From an archaeon (GTDB lineage Archaea; Asgardarchaeota; Thorarchaeia; Thorarchaeales; Thorarchaeaceae): a DNA stretch of 32,000 nucleotides. The notes below the pieces were generated by a model. It had not been told where the DNA came from. It made no database searches and worked only from the letters and a program-made list of their open reading frames with translations. Each line of letters opens with the position of its first letter. Position 1 is the stretch's first letter. Made by a program: the position numbers and the translations under genes. Positions 8,370-17,948 of the stretch are shown piece by piece. Where the stretch lies: positions 90,001 to 122,000 of the forward strand of contig JAJRZD010000043.1 in the NCBI GenBank assembly GCA_024275415.1, read 5' to 3'.

Positions 8370-9401
8370 ATGAAGCTCCGGGATTTCATCCTACGGCGAG
8401 TACTACTTGCGATTACTGTTGTATTTGGTGTCTTGACGATTACTTGGATACTTGCGTTCATTGTCGGTGATCCTGTGACGATGTACATCAACGAGAACAC
8501 CCCAGCAGAAGCAATCCCTGCAATCAGGGCAGCACACGGATTTGACGAGCCATGGCCCGTCCAATACTTCCTTTACCTATCCAATCTCTTTCAAGGAAAC
8601 TGGGGTGTAAGTGGCTCGTCATCAAACATGCCTGTCCTAGAAATCCTGGCGCTGAAGTTTCCAGCAACCATCGAGCTTGCCATTGTAGCTATGATCTTTG
8701 CTATCATTCTGGGGATACCTCTAGGCATCATTTCTGCTACACGAAAGGACCAGAAAATCGATCACTTTACAAGAATCTTTTCTTTGGCTGGAGTTTCAAT
8801 GCCTATTTTCTGGTTCGCATTCATGCTCAAGTATGTGCTTTATTATTATCTCGCAGTAAACAACCTTCCACATCTTCCCGGAGGCGAGAGATATGATACA
8901 AGCACTTACTTGGATTTTGAATTCATAACAGGCTTCCTACTTTTAGACTCCCTCATCCAAGGCAATATCCCTATATTCCTCGATGGATTAGTCCATCTCA
9001 TCATGCCTGGGTTCGCCCTTGGATACTTGACACTTGCAATAATCACACGGATGATGAGATCGAGCATGCTTGAAGTGCTAAAGGAAGATTACATCACATT
9101 GGCTAGGTCGAAAGGTCTTCGAGAAAAAGTCGTCATCTACAGACATGCACTGCGAAACGCCATGATTCCGACAGTCACTGTGATAGGCCTTGCTTTTGGT
9201 GGACTCATAACTGGAGCAGTCCTTACTGAAACCATATTCAACTGGCCGGGACTGGGAAGATGGGCCGTCAGGTCAATCCTATTTGCGGACTTGGCTGCAA
9301 TTAATGGGTTCACATTACTAGTAGCAATCATCTTTGTCACGGCAAATCTCATTGTCGATTTGATATACGGTGTGCTGGATCCCCGCATCAGATTCGGATA
9401 G
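8370..9401 (+). CDS. oppB: Peptide ABC transporter permease OppB/DppB
   Basis: FILRR...GDPV...HGFDEPWPVQY..YL, KFPATIELA, GVSMPIFW, and the EAA loop RSSMLEVLKEDYITLARSKGL...HALRNA. Start moved to MKLRDF at 8370. Confidence 0.95.
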   Translation: MKLRDFILRRVLLAITVVFGVLTITWILAFIVGDPVTMYINENTPAEAIPAIRAAHGFDEPWPVQYFLYLSNLFQGNWGVSGSSSNMPVLEILALKFPATIELAIVAMIFAIILGIPLGIISATRKDQKIDHFTRIFSLAGVSMPIFWFAFMLKYVLYYYLAVNNLPHLPGGERYDTSTYLDFEFITGFLLLDSLIQGNIPIFLDGLVHLIMPGFALGYLTLAIITRMMRSSMLEVLKEDYITLARSKGLREKVVIYRHALRNAMIPTVTVIGLAFGGLITGAVLTETIFNWPGLGRWAVRSILFADLAAINGFTLLVAIIFVTANLIVDLIYGVLDPRIRFG

Positions 9402-9414
9402 GAGGTCAAATAAC

Positions 9415-10731
9415 ATGGAAAATCAGATAGCAATGACTGCAAATGAAGAATACGACCCGATGCAATTCACAATTGCGGGCATCACAGGAATGCTGGTGGG
9501 ATTAGTCTCGTTCATTTTTGGGATTGCAATTTTTGGAGGACTTTTTGTCGCGGGAATACTAGGATTATTCTCAATCGCATTCCCTCTTCCAGAATTCTTT
9601 GGCTCGATAGGACTTCAAGGACTGCTTGCTCTCGTCACCGGATTTGTATTATATAGAACATCAAAAGCGATAAAGAAACATGAACTGTGGGCGTTCTCAA
9701 CCTCGCTCTATATCAATATCTTTGCGATAGTTGTCTTTGTATCAACAAGCTATCCCGTGGTACTTCTAGCATTACTTCCATTGATCCCACTACTGATGCT
9801 CTTCCTACCCAATGTCAAGACCTACTGGTATCCCACTTTCAGGGAGGATATCACACCAAGGATAAAGGAACTCAAGTTCAGCCTTCGGCTTGTGGCGAAA
9901 AGCCCTCTCGTTGTCGCAGGCATCATTATACTTTTAGTTTTTGTTCTCTTTGCCATTCTAGCCCCGTATATCGCACCATATGGGCCTGAAGAACGACTGT
10001 GGAGTGATGGTAATCTCCCTCCATTGTCACCTAGTAACCAACCTGGCAGACCCGACCACATCTGGGGCACTGATAATTCTGGTGGTGATGTCTATAGCAG
10101 AATCCTATATGGGGCCCAAATCGACTTACAGGTCAGCATCACTGTAGTTATTGTAGCTGTTACCATCGGATCCCTGATTGGTGCAGTTGCTGGCTACTAT
10201 GGTGGGAAGATTGACGAACTAGTGATGCGTATCACTGACATCTTCTTTGCATTTCCAGGACTCATCTTAGCGATGGCCATTGTGATGGCACTCGGAGAGA
10301 GAAGCCTTCAGAACGTATCAGTTGCACTCATGATCACTTGGTGGCCAACTTATGCTCGACTTGTTCGAGGACAGGTGCTTGCAGAACGGGAGAAGCTTTA
10401 TGTTGAAGCTGCAAGATCCATCGGCGCAAGCGACACACGAATCCTTCTAGTTCACATCTTACCTAACACGATCCAACCACTCACAGTTCAGGCTACAATG
10501 GATACAGGTTCTGTTCTGCTGGTTGCAGCGGGCCTTTCCTTCATCGGGTTCGGGCCTCCCGCAGGAATCGCAGAATGGGGCTGGATGATTGCCACGGCCC
10601 AGCTGTATTTCACTATAGCACCATGGGCTGTATTCTTCCCTGGATTTGCTATCTTGTTCGTAGCTCTTGCTTTCAATCTAGTAGGAGATGGCATCCGTGA
10701 CATCCTTGATCCAAAATTACGGAGGCGATAG
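9415..10731 (+). CDS. oppC: Peptide ABC transporter permease OppC/DppC with an extra N-terminal ~4-TM domain
   Basis: WGTDNSGGDVYSRILYGA, GYYGGKIDELVMR, YVEAARSIGAS...HILPN and GDGIRDILDP. GGAGG precedes the ATG at 9415. About 140 extra hydrophobic residues precede the OppC N-terminal helix. Confidence 0.93.
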   Translation: MENQIAMTANEEYDPMQFTIAGITGMLVGLVSFIFGIAIFGGLFVAGILGLFSIAFPLPEFFGSIGLQGLLALVTGFVLYRTSKAIKKHELWAFSTSLYINIFAIVVFVSTSYPVVLLALLPLIPLLMLFLPNVKTYWYPTFREDITPRIKELKFSLRLVAKSPLVVAGIIILLVFVLFAILAPYIAPYGPEERLWSDGNLPPLSPSNQPGRPDHIWGTDNSGGDVYSRILYGAQIDLQVSITVVIVAVTIGSLIGAVAGYYGGKIDELVMRITDIFFAFPGLILAMAIVMALGERSLQNVSVALMITWWPTYARLVRGQVLAEREKLYVEAARSIGASDTRILLVHILPNTIQPLTVQATMDTGSVLLVAAGLSFIGFGPPAGIAEWGWMIATAQLYFTIAPWAVFFPGFAILFVALAFNLVGDGIRDILDPKLRRR

Positions 10732-10734
10732 ACG

Positions 10735-11892
10735 TTGACTGAATCGCGTGAAGACATTGTCCTTGAAGTTCATGATTTATTCACGAATTTCTATACTTTC
10801 GAGGGTACAGTACGAGCGTTGGACGGTGTAGAGCTTTTCTTGAGACGTGGGGACACCATGGGTCTTGTTGGAGAAACTGGCTGTGGCAAGTCAGTGACGG
10901 CCCGTTCAATATTAAGATTGGTCGAACCTCCGGGCAAGATAGAGTCTGGCAAGATCATCTATAATGAGATTGACAAACAGACAGGCGAGGTCAAACCAAT
11001 TGACATCCTGAGTCTTAGTGAAGAAGAGCTACTTGACCTGCGAGGCGAGAAGATTGCGATTGTCTTTCAGGATCCAGCGACCTATCCGAATCCTGTGTTC
11101 CGCATTGGAGACCAGATAGCCGAAGTGGTTCTTCTCCACCAGGATCTGCGATACGATGTCATAGACATGAAAATAGAAAAACTTGAAAAATCATTGCAAG
11201 GAGAAAGCGATCCAGACAAACAGGTACACATCAAGGAGAAAATCGAGTACTATCGCGAGCTTCGGAAGGATCCACCTGAGCCGGATAAGAAAGATGCGAA
11301 GGCAGCAGCCTTCAGGCGAGCTGTAAATATGCTCAATCTGGTAAGAATGCCCTCACCTGAATCCATAGCAATGCAATATCCTCATGAGTTGAGTGGCGGA
11401 ATGCGTCAGCGAGCATTGATTGCCATGGCACTTGCTTGTGACCCAGGTGTTCTCATCTGTGATGAGGCGACAACTGCGTTGGATGTGACAGTTCAGGCTC
11501 AGGTTCTCAAACTCCTAAACCACCTGAAGAAGGAAATTGGCACTTCGATCATCATCATTACCCATGATATGGGTGTTGTTGCTGAAACGTGCAATTGGGT
11601 CACCGTCATGTATGCAGGGACTACGGTCGAGTCCTGTGCGACAAAGAATCTCTTTACTCGACCACTGCACCCTTACACTGATGGTCTATTGACAGCAGTG
11701 CCCAAGCTACATGAGAACAAGGAGCGATTGCCTCAGATCCTAGGAAGCGTCCCTAACCTTATCACGCCACCTTCTGGATGCCGATTCCACCCAAGATGTG
11801 CATACGCCACAGAACAATGCAAAAGCGTCAAACCAAAATTGACCGAACTCGAACCTGAACACTGGGTTGCATGTCATAACCCACTGAACTAG
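10735..11892 (+). CDS. oppD: Peptide ABC transporter ATPase OppD/DppD with a charged helical insertion
   Basis: Walker A GETGCGKS, Q-loop FQDP, signature LSGGMRQR, Walker B ICDEATT, H-loop ITHD, and a C-terminal HPY/Cys-rich domain (CRFHPRC...C...CH). TTG start. Confidence 0.95.
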   Translation: MTESREDIVLEVHDLFTNFYTFEGTVRALDGVELFLRRGDTMGLVGETGCGKSVTARSILRLVEPPGKIESGKIIYNEIDKQTGEVKPIDILSLSEEELLDLRGEKIAIVFQDPATYPNPVFRIGDQIAEVVLLHQDLRYDVIDMKIEKLEKSLQGESDPDKQVHIKEKIEYYRELRKDPPEPDKKDAKAAAFRRAVNMLNLVRMPSPESIAMQYPHELSGGMRQRALIAMALACDPGVLICDEATTALDVTVQAQVLKLLNHLKKEIGTSIIIITHDMGVVAETCNWVTVMYAGTTVESCATKNLFTRPLHPYTDGLLTAVPKLHENKERLPQILGSVPNLITPPSGCRFHPRCAYATEQCKSVKPKLTELEPEHWVACHNPLN

Positions 11893-11903
11893 GAGGACTG
11901 AAT

Positions 11904-12938
11904 GTGTCAGAAGATAACCTTGTGCAAATTCGTGAATTGAAGAAATACTTCCCTCTCACCGGAGGTGTATTCAGGAAGGTAATCGGACGCGTCCATGCAG
12001 TAGACGATGTAGACCTTGATATCGTAAGAGGAGAAACCCTGGGTGTCGTAGGTGAATCAGGTTGTGGCAAGACCACCCTTGGACGGACAATCCTCCGTTT
12101 GCTTAACCCGACCAGCGGACAGATCATATTCGATGGAAAAGACATCACGCATCTAGGTGGGTCTGAGCTCCGTGAGGTTCGCAGACAGATGCAAATTGTC
12201 TTTCAGGATCCAATGGCATCCCTTAACCCACGGATTACTATCAAGAACTCTGTAGGTGAGCCTCTTGTCGTGAATGGAATCGCCAAAGGCCCAAGGATGC
12301 GTGACATGGTACTCGAACTACTACAGAAAGTCGGTCTGACCGAGGCACATCTGAACAGGTTCCCTCACGAATTCAGTGGTGGACAAAGGCAACGTATTTG
12401 CATCGCCCGTGCGCTTGCGCTAAATCCAAAGTTCATCGTGATGGATGAGCCAACATCCAGCACCGATGTTTCTGTGCAGGCTCAGACTTTGAACCTTATG
12501 AAAGACCTCCAAGACGAATTCGGTCTTACCTATATGTTCATCTCTCACGATCTAAGTGTAGTGAAACACATGAGTGACCGGATAGCTGTCATGTATCTCG
12601 GAAAGATAGTGGAACTGACACCACATGATATCTTCAAGGAAGCGATGCATCCTTACACGTTCGCTCTCGTATCAGCAGTCCCAATCCCAGACCCACGATT
12701 CGCTGGAAAGGCAGCAATCCTGTCAGGTGAAGTCCCAAGTCCTATCAATCCGCCTACTGGTTGCAGATTCCATCCACGCTGTCCGTTTGCTCAGGATAGG
12801 TGTTCTAAAGACATACCCGAATTGCGTGACATGGGCAATGGACATCTTGTTGCCTGTCACTATGCTGGTACTCTAGACTTTGGCAGAAGTGCACAGCAGG
12901 AATATGCAGACTCCTTTGATGTTCCAGCGAATGCATGA
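11904..12938 (+). CDS. oppF: Peptide ABC transporter ATPase OppF/DppF
   Basis: GESGCGKT, FQDPMASLNPR, FSGGQRQR, MDEPTS, ISHD and the HPY/Cys-rich C-terminus. GGAGG precedes the GTG start. Confidence 0.95.
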   Translation: MSEDNLVQIRELKKYFPLTGGVFRKVIGRVHAVDDVDLDIVRGETLGVVGESGCGKTTLGRTILRLLNPTSGQIIFDGKDITHLGGSELREVRRQMQIVFQDPMASLNPRITIKNSVGEPLVVNGIAKGPRMRDMVLELLQKVGLTEAHLNRFPHEFSGGQRQRICIARALALNPKFIVMDEPTSSTDVSVQAQTLNLMKDLQDEFGLTYMFISHDLSVVKHMSDRIAVMYLGKIVELTPHDIFKEAMHPYTFALVSAVPIPDPRFAGKAAILSGEVPSPINPPTGCRFHPRCPFAQDRCSKDIPELRDMGNGHLVACHYAGTLDFGRSAQQEYADSFDVPANA

Positions 12939-12964
12939 TTTCTCAAGGTAACTGAAAATGAGAG

Positions 12965-13195
12965 ATGAGAGTCATGACGAAGTACTTCGATGACAACGAG
13001 TTTCGTGAATATGATTCTCAAGAACCAGATTGGAGTGAGTACGTCTATCAGGAGGAGAAAAGACCTTTACATCGTCTCAGTGCGGATGACTATGTGGCTC
13101 TCTTCATCGCAGCACTACAGACTATCTTTCTTCCTCTCGTGATTCTTGCAATCTTTCTTGTGATAGTGGGAGTTTTTTTGAGTGCATTCATCTAA
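12965..13195 (+). CDS. Small membrane protein: acidic N-terminus plus one long C-terminal hydrophobic segment
   Basis: Co-oriented 26 nt after oppF. Ends DYVALFIAALQTIFLPLVILAIFLVIVGVFLSAFI. The start could be the Met at 12974. Confidence 0.7.
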   Translation: MRVMTKYFDDNEFREYDSQEPDWSEYVYQEEKRPLHRLSADDYVALFIAALQTIFLPLVILAIFLVIVGVFLSAFI

Positions 13196-13207
13196 GGGGG
13201 TCTGGAA

Positions 13208-13546
13208 TTGTCATCAAAGACAAAGCTCGTTCTCGAGTCGATGGTAATCGCTGCTGTACTTACCACAGTCGATATCGCCGTATCTTTTCTGGTACTTCTC
13301 TTTGATGCAACGCTCTCAATCTTATCAATAGTGTCCACTGTGTTATTCACCGAGTTCGCCATCATGCTTGTCATAGGTGGATGTATGATGGCCCGAGAAC
13401 CTTTGGATGACGATAAAAAGTATGACAGTGAAGGGAATCCTGTGACGGCATGGAAAATGACCTTAATCGGACGAAAGATTCTCTTAGGAGCACTATTCGT
13501 CTTTGCATTCTCGTTCCTGTTCTATGCCATTGATTTGGTCATCTGA
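13208..13546 (+). CDS. Small 3-TM membrane protein (DUF3899-like topology, inferred)
   Basis: Three hydrophobic helices with a charged loop between TM2 and TM3. Follows the previous ORF by 12 nt. Confidence 0.7.
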   Translation: MSSKTKLVLESMVIAAVLTTVDIAVSFLVLLFDATLSILSIVSTVLFTEFAIMLVIGGCMMAREPLDDDKKYDSEGNPVTAWKMTLIGRKILLGALFVFAFSFLFYAIDLVI

Positions 13547-14309
13547 TAGGTTCAGGCATGTCCTTGTCATGCTTAACTCGTTGGTAGATCGTCTTTGGAA
13601 TCACTATCAGAAGGATGACCGGGACTACGAAGAGGTATAAGATTGCCAAGGGCACTGAGAATTCCGAGATACGAATAGCAGGTTCCAGCAAGAAGAATAT
13701 AGCAAACGAGGAAACGACAAAGGCAAGAATACTCGGGAGGGACTCGCCCCATGGAGCCGCAACAATGAAAAGCCCACCGACCAACGAGGAAATCTTAATC
13801 CAAGTCGATATGCTTCTTCTGGCAAGTACTACATAGACGTAATCTTCATGATTCAAATTTGTGAGATCCTGTCTGACTAGTTCATCCAACAGTTGTTCTG
13901 AGAACCGAGGGTTCCCCGGGCCTATTGCCAGCGCTAGGCCGATGAGAAACACCACAAAAGCGGTTCCTGTGAATATGGTCGACACGAGAAAGACAAAACC
14001 AATGGCCATTCCAGCAATTCCAATCAAGAATGCAAGAAACATGCCCATGGAAAGAGTGTTATCTGCTAGATGCCGTTGAATCGCATTTCCAATACGCCCG
14101 CTTTTCTTTCTGGTAAGATTCTCAAATATCCACTCGTAGGAATAACAGTGGGTGTACTCGGTCGAGCCTGAAAGATCTATATCCGTGACATTGTATGTGT
14201 CCTTGAGATATTCGTAAAGTCGTGCATATGACAAGAGTCTTCGCGTTCGATAAAGATTGAACGCCAGAACGAGTATTCCTGTCAGGAGCAGTGCTATAGT
14301 CAATTCCAT
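13539..14309 (-). CDS. Hypothetical multi-pass membrane protein
   Basis: 256-aa ORF with an N-terminal TM and about 4-5 further hydrophobic segments. It fills the space between its neighbours. No family recognised. Confidence 0.7.
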   Translation of the reverse strand: MELTIALLLTGILVLAFNLYRTRRLLSYARLYEYLKDTYNVTDIDLSGSTEYTHCYSYEWIFENLTRKKSGRIGNAIQRHLADNTLSMGMFLAFLIGIAGMAIGFVFLVSTIFTGTAFVVFLIGLALAIGPGNPRFSEQLLDELVRQDLTNLNHEDYVYVVLARRSISTWIKISSLVGGLFIVAAPWGESLPSILAFVVSSFAIFFLLEPAIRISEFSVPLAILYLFVVPVILLIVIPKTIYQRVKHDKDMPEPIR

Positions 14310-14368
14310 GGCAGCGTCAACTTGTCCATTAGTTTATGGCCACCGACTGATTCTTAGTTTTAAATATG

Positions 14369-15211
14369 CTAGGGATTGGACATCCGATTATAAAGAGCAT
14401 GTATCCACAAATGATACCCAAGTACCGACCCAAGATCAGACACTCCCTTACTTGGCCTACCGATGAGAACGAGTACGTTCCCTGCAAGAGAGGTTTCGGG
14501 ACGCTTCCCCACCTTCAGTCGGACATTCTCGCCCTGTGTTGCAATTTCTATCCCATTGTCGTAGAAGACCTTTGGGCTCTCAGAATAAGTATAATCAAGA
14601 TCCTTCCGGGGATGCGGATGAAGTGTACATGATGCGTCTTTGTATTTGACTTTGAGAGATATCCTCGCCCACTCGTAATTTGGGGATCTGCTGTCTGAGT
14701 CAGGAATCTCGGGGATAAGAACTCTCCACGGAGAAAATGACTTCTTCAGAGCGCTGCGGGAAACGATACCACAAAAATCACCTCCCTCGCCCTTTGCAGA
14801 CAAGAGTAGTCGATCCGGATCCAGTTGGATATTGCAGATGGTTTCTTTGTATCGCACTGCACCGGACTTGTCCCGCGAGGCCTCATCCCAGTAGAACCAC
14901 GGAATCGTGACCATCGGAAGCATCCTATCAGAGTGTGTTTCCTTTTTTCCCATCAATCTCCAAGTGGCATCGTTGATGACATACAATGACAACGAAACTG
15001 AAGGTTGTGTCGGGTGAAGCAGGTCAAGCACATCTCTTGAGGGATCTGTTTTTTCGCATCGCCTTAGTACCGTTTCTATCTGGTTATCGGATAGATTGCA
15101 TGACTCGAAGCCTCCATGGATAGAAGATTCGAACAGGTCTCGGATTGTGATGCCATAAAGCGATTCGAAATCCTGTATCATGTCCTCGGTGAGTTCCATC
15201 GGGGCTGACAT
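14369..15211 (-). CDS. Hypothetical soluble protein
   Basis: 280-aa ORF with GAGGT upstream of the ATG and globular composition. No family recognised. Confidence 0.75.
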   Translation of the reverse strand: MSAPMELTEDMIQDFESLYGITIRDLFESSIHGGFESCNLSDNQIETVLRRCEKTDPSRDVLDLLHPTQPSVSLSLYVINDATWRLMGKKETHSDRMLPMVTIPWFYWDEASRDKSGAVRYKETICNIQLDPDRLLLSAKGEGGDFCGIVSRSALKKSFSPWRVLIPEIPDSDSRSPNYEWARISLKVKYKDASCTLHPHPRKDLDYTYSESPKVFYDNGIEIATQGENVRLKVGKRPETSLAGNVLVLIGRPSKGVSDLGSVLGYHLWIHALYNRMSNP

Positions 15212-15295
15212 GGATTTACCTCAATACCTTTACCGAATAGGGTTTTTGGTAACCACAATCACCTCTGTGAGCAAGATTGAAATCGTGGTCTTCGG

Positions 15296-16153
15296 TTGAA
15301 CGTACGACAATCATTGAAACACATAGAGATTACTTCCTTGGAACCTGACAACGCAGAGGATTGGGTCACTCTCTATAATGAGGAGATGCGGCACTCCGGT
15401 ATGTTTGAGCCCCTCAGTCTACGCAGACTCGGCAAACTGAAGCCGGTCATCGAGAAGATTGGAGGTGTCTTCTGTTTGGCATACCAGAATGGTATCCCTT
15501 CTGCTGCTTGCAGTTATATCGCTGATGCAGGACATAGCATCACAAGAATCACTGATTTCTGTACATCACCAAAACACCATCACGGCGCTCGTGCATTGAT
15601 AGATAAAATCCTCACAGAGAGTAGGAGCAAAAAAATAACGAATGTTCAGGCATGGATGCCAGTGGACTCCAGTACATCCCTCGATATCCTTGTAGAATAC
15701 TTGTTCTCACCATCAATTGGTCGGCTTTTCATGAGGAATACCATGAACGAGAGACCCTTCTCATCTAAAATAAACCTGAACCTGATTGAGAGTAGTGCTC
15801 AAGGCGAGGTCACAACTCTCCCTTTCGCGGAGCCCTTATCAATCCGTGCTCTAGTTGTAGGATTCGATGGGCAATGGCAGAAAGTTTCTACAATTGAAAA
15901 GCCAGAAAGCAATCTTTCACTCGTTGTATTCCAGTCTCAGAAACGAAAGCGCCATGTGTGGCTTTTCCAAAGGGGATCACGTTCATTAGAACAGGAATTC
16001 CTGTCTTCTGTTCTCGACAGATTGTACAGCCAAGGAGTCAGAGCCGTCTATGCACAGATTGATGTAGCACTAGACCACCGCATACCTTTCGAAGAGTGTG
16101 GATTCCAGATGCTTGCGACCGATTTCTTATTGGAAGTCACATTGGAGTATTAG
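15296..16153 (+). CDS. GNAT-fold acetyltransferase-like protein, probably two divergent GNAT domains
   Basis: N-terminal IEITSLEPDNAEDWVTLYN, FCLAYQNGIPSAACS, ITDFCTSPKHHHGARALIDKIL (motif A-like) and the C-terminal PFEECGFQ pattern. Confidence 0.6.
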   Translation: MNVRQSLKHIEITSLEPDNAEDWVTLYNEEMRHSGMFEPLSLRRLGKLKPVIEKIGGVFCLAYQNGIPSAACSYIADAGHSITRITDFCTSPKHHHGARALIDKILTESRSKKITNVQAWMPVDSSTSLDILVEYLFSPSIGRLFMRNTMNERPFSSKINLNLIESSAQGEVTTLPFAEPLSIRALVVGFDGQWQKVSTIEKPESNLSLVVFQSQKRKRHVWLFQRGSRSLEQEFLSSVLDRLYSQGVRAVYAQIDVALDHRIPFEECGFQMLATDFLLEVTLEY

Positions 16154-16156
16154 TAC

Positions 16157-17239
16157 TCACTCATCATCCTTTATATCCTCGAATCGATGACACCTAATCC
16201 AATGGTCAGGTTCCACTTCTCGATAGTGAGGAATTTCCTGTAAACAGATGTCAATCGCATAGTCGCATCTCGGATGGAACGGACATCCGCTAGGGATATT
16301 ATGGGGGTCAGGAGGTTCACCTCGAATTCCTCGAAGCATGGGTCTCTTCCCGCCGGCTCGCATCCGCATCATCATGATGGTAGGAAATGATTGCATCAGC
16401 CCTTTTGTGTATGGATGCCCAGGGTGATGGAACATCTGCACGGCATCACCAATCTCCATGATCTTTCCAGCATACATTACGGCAACCCTGTCAGCCAGCT
16501 CAGCAATAACTCCGGCATCGTGACTGATTAGGATGATAGATACGCCAAACTCCTCTCGGATCATCTGGAGCACATTGAGGATCTGGCGTTGAATCGTGAC
16601 ATCGAGGGCACTAGTCGGCTCATCAGCAATCACAAGATACGGGCCAGAGATGAGTGCCATGGCGATCAGGATTCGCTGAGCTTCACCACCTGAGAACGAA
16701 CTGGGATCGAGGACATATCTGGTTCCCGAGTCAGCAAGGCGTACAAGGTTCAGGTAGTCAAGCACCTTCTTCTTCATCTCAATGAGCCGAACACTTTCAT
16801 CATGGATCTCCAAGGGCTCACCGGTCTGCATACCTACTGAATACTGTGGGTTCAATGCATGGGTCAACCCCTGTGGGATCATCGAGATTTCCGCACCCCT
16901 CAGCTTGACGAGCTCGTCGGAATCCATAGAGAAGATGTCTCTTCCTCTGAATATCACCCGACCTCGCGCACCAGCCCGTTCCTCACTCTCAGAATCAAAC
17001 TCCTTTAGTAATCCGGGGATGTTAGACGAACCCGCTGAGAAACGGGCCAGTCTATTGAAAAGACCAACAAGGGATAGAGCGAGCGAACTTTTCCCACAAC
17101 CACTCTCACCAAGGATGCCTAAGCATTCCCCAGCCTTCACCTCGAATGAAACATCTTGAACCGCTTTGATCAATCCTTTTTTCGACGCATAGTATGCGTG
17201 CAAGTTCTCGACCTTGAGGATGATTTCGTCAGTGTCCAC
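16157..17239 (-). CDS. Orphan OppD-like ABC ATPase with intact catalytic motifs
   Basis: GESGCGKS, MIPQ, FSGGEAQR, IADEPTS, ISHD and the HPY/Cys-rich tail. Insertion after Walker A. Probable GTG start at 17239 (track start 17314). No adjacent permease. Confidence 0.9.
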   Translation of the reverse strand: MDTDEIILKVENLHAYYASKKGLIKAVQDVSFEVKAGECLGILGESGCGKSSLALSLVGLFNRLARFSAGSSNIPGLLKEFDSESEERAGARGRVIFRGRDIFSMDSDELVKLRGAEISMIPQGLTHALNPQYSVGMQTGEPLEIHDESVRLIEMKKKVLDYLNLVRLADSGTRYVLDPSSFSGGEAQRILIAMALISGPYLVIADEPTSALDVTIQRQILNVLQMIREEFGVSIILISHDAGVIAELADRVAVMYAGKIMEIGDAVQMFHHPGHPYTKGLMQSFPTIMMMRMRAGGKRPMLRGIRGEPPDPHNIPSGCPFHPRCDYAIDICLQEIPHYREVEPDHWIRCHRFEDIKDDE

Positions 17240-17420
17240 GATAACCACATACAAGACAACATAGGACCCTGTTATTAATAATGTTGGAGCACGCACGCGT
17301 ACTCTTTGATACATCAGATGCCTGTTTCATCCTGAAGAAAGCATTAGAGCAGATGTATATATCCCCGCAATGTACTTCTAGGTGTGAAACAAAGCATGTT
17401 CCACCAAGTGATGTGATAAA

Positions 17421-17948
17421 ATGGATGAGGAATGGTTTCGCAAGATGCTGATAGAGGCACATGACAATCAGCGCCAGCATCTGAAATGGATCATAGGAGG
17501 CTTATCAAGAGAGGAGTTAGCCAAGACTGTTTCTCCTGACGAACAATTTCCTAGCATACAGGCTCTGCTCTGGCATATTGCAGCTGCTGAAACTTACTGG
17601 TTTTACAAGTCCGGTCATTCAATAGGTTCACGATTCGAGGGGGATGATCTTGACACTATCCTGAAGAAACTGGACGAGAACGCTGAGCGAATCCCCGAGG
17701 TCATCAATACATGCAGTCTAGAACAGCTCAGAATCGTGCCTCCATCTCCAGAGGGTGGCCCATCAGTGTCATGGGCATCTCTCCGAACCTTCTTGCATGC
17801 GATATATCACACGGCTCAGATTGCCAAGATTCGTAGGATGATAGGTGCAACGCCTCTACCCACTGAAGATAACACACTCTGGAGTAGTGCGATAGATTCG
17901 GTGTTGAACATAGTACACGGACTGCTTCACGACTCGATCCAATTCTAA
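17421..17948 (+). CDS. DinB/YfiT-family four-helix-bundle metalloprotein
   Basis: LLWHIAAAETYW and HAIYHTAQIAKIRR give the family's His triad pattern. Confidence 0.82.
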   Translation: MDEEWFRKMLIEAHDNQRQHLKWIIGGLSREELAKTVSPDEQFPSIQALLWHIAAAETYWFYKSGHSIGSRFEGDDLDTILKKLDENAERIPEVINTCSLEQLRIVPPSPEGGPSVSWASLRTFLHAIYHTAQIAKIRRMIGATPLPTEDNTLWSSAIDSVLNIVHGLLHDSIQF

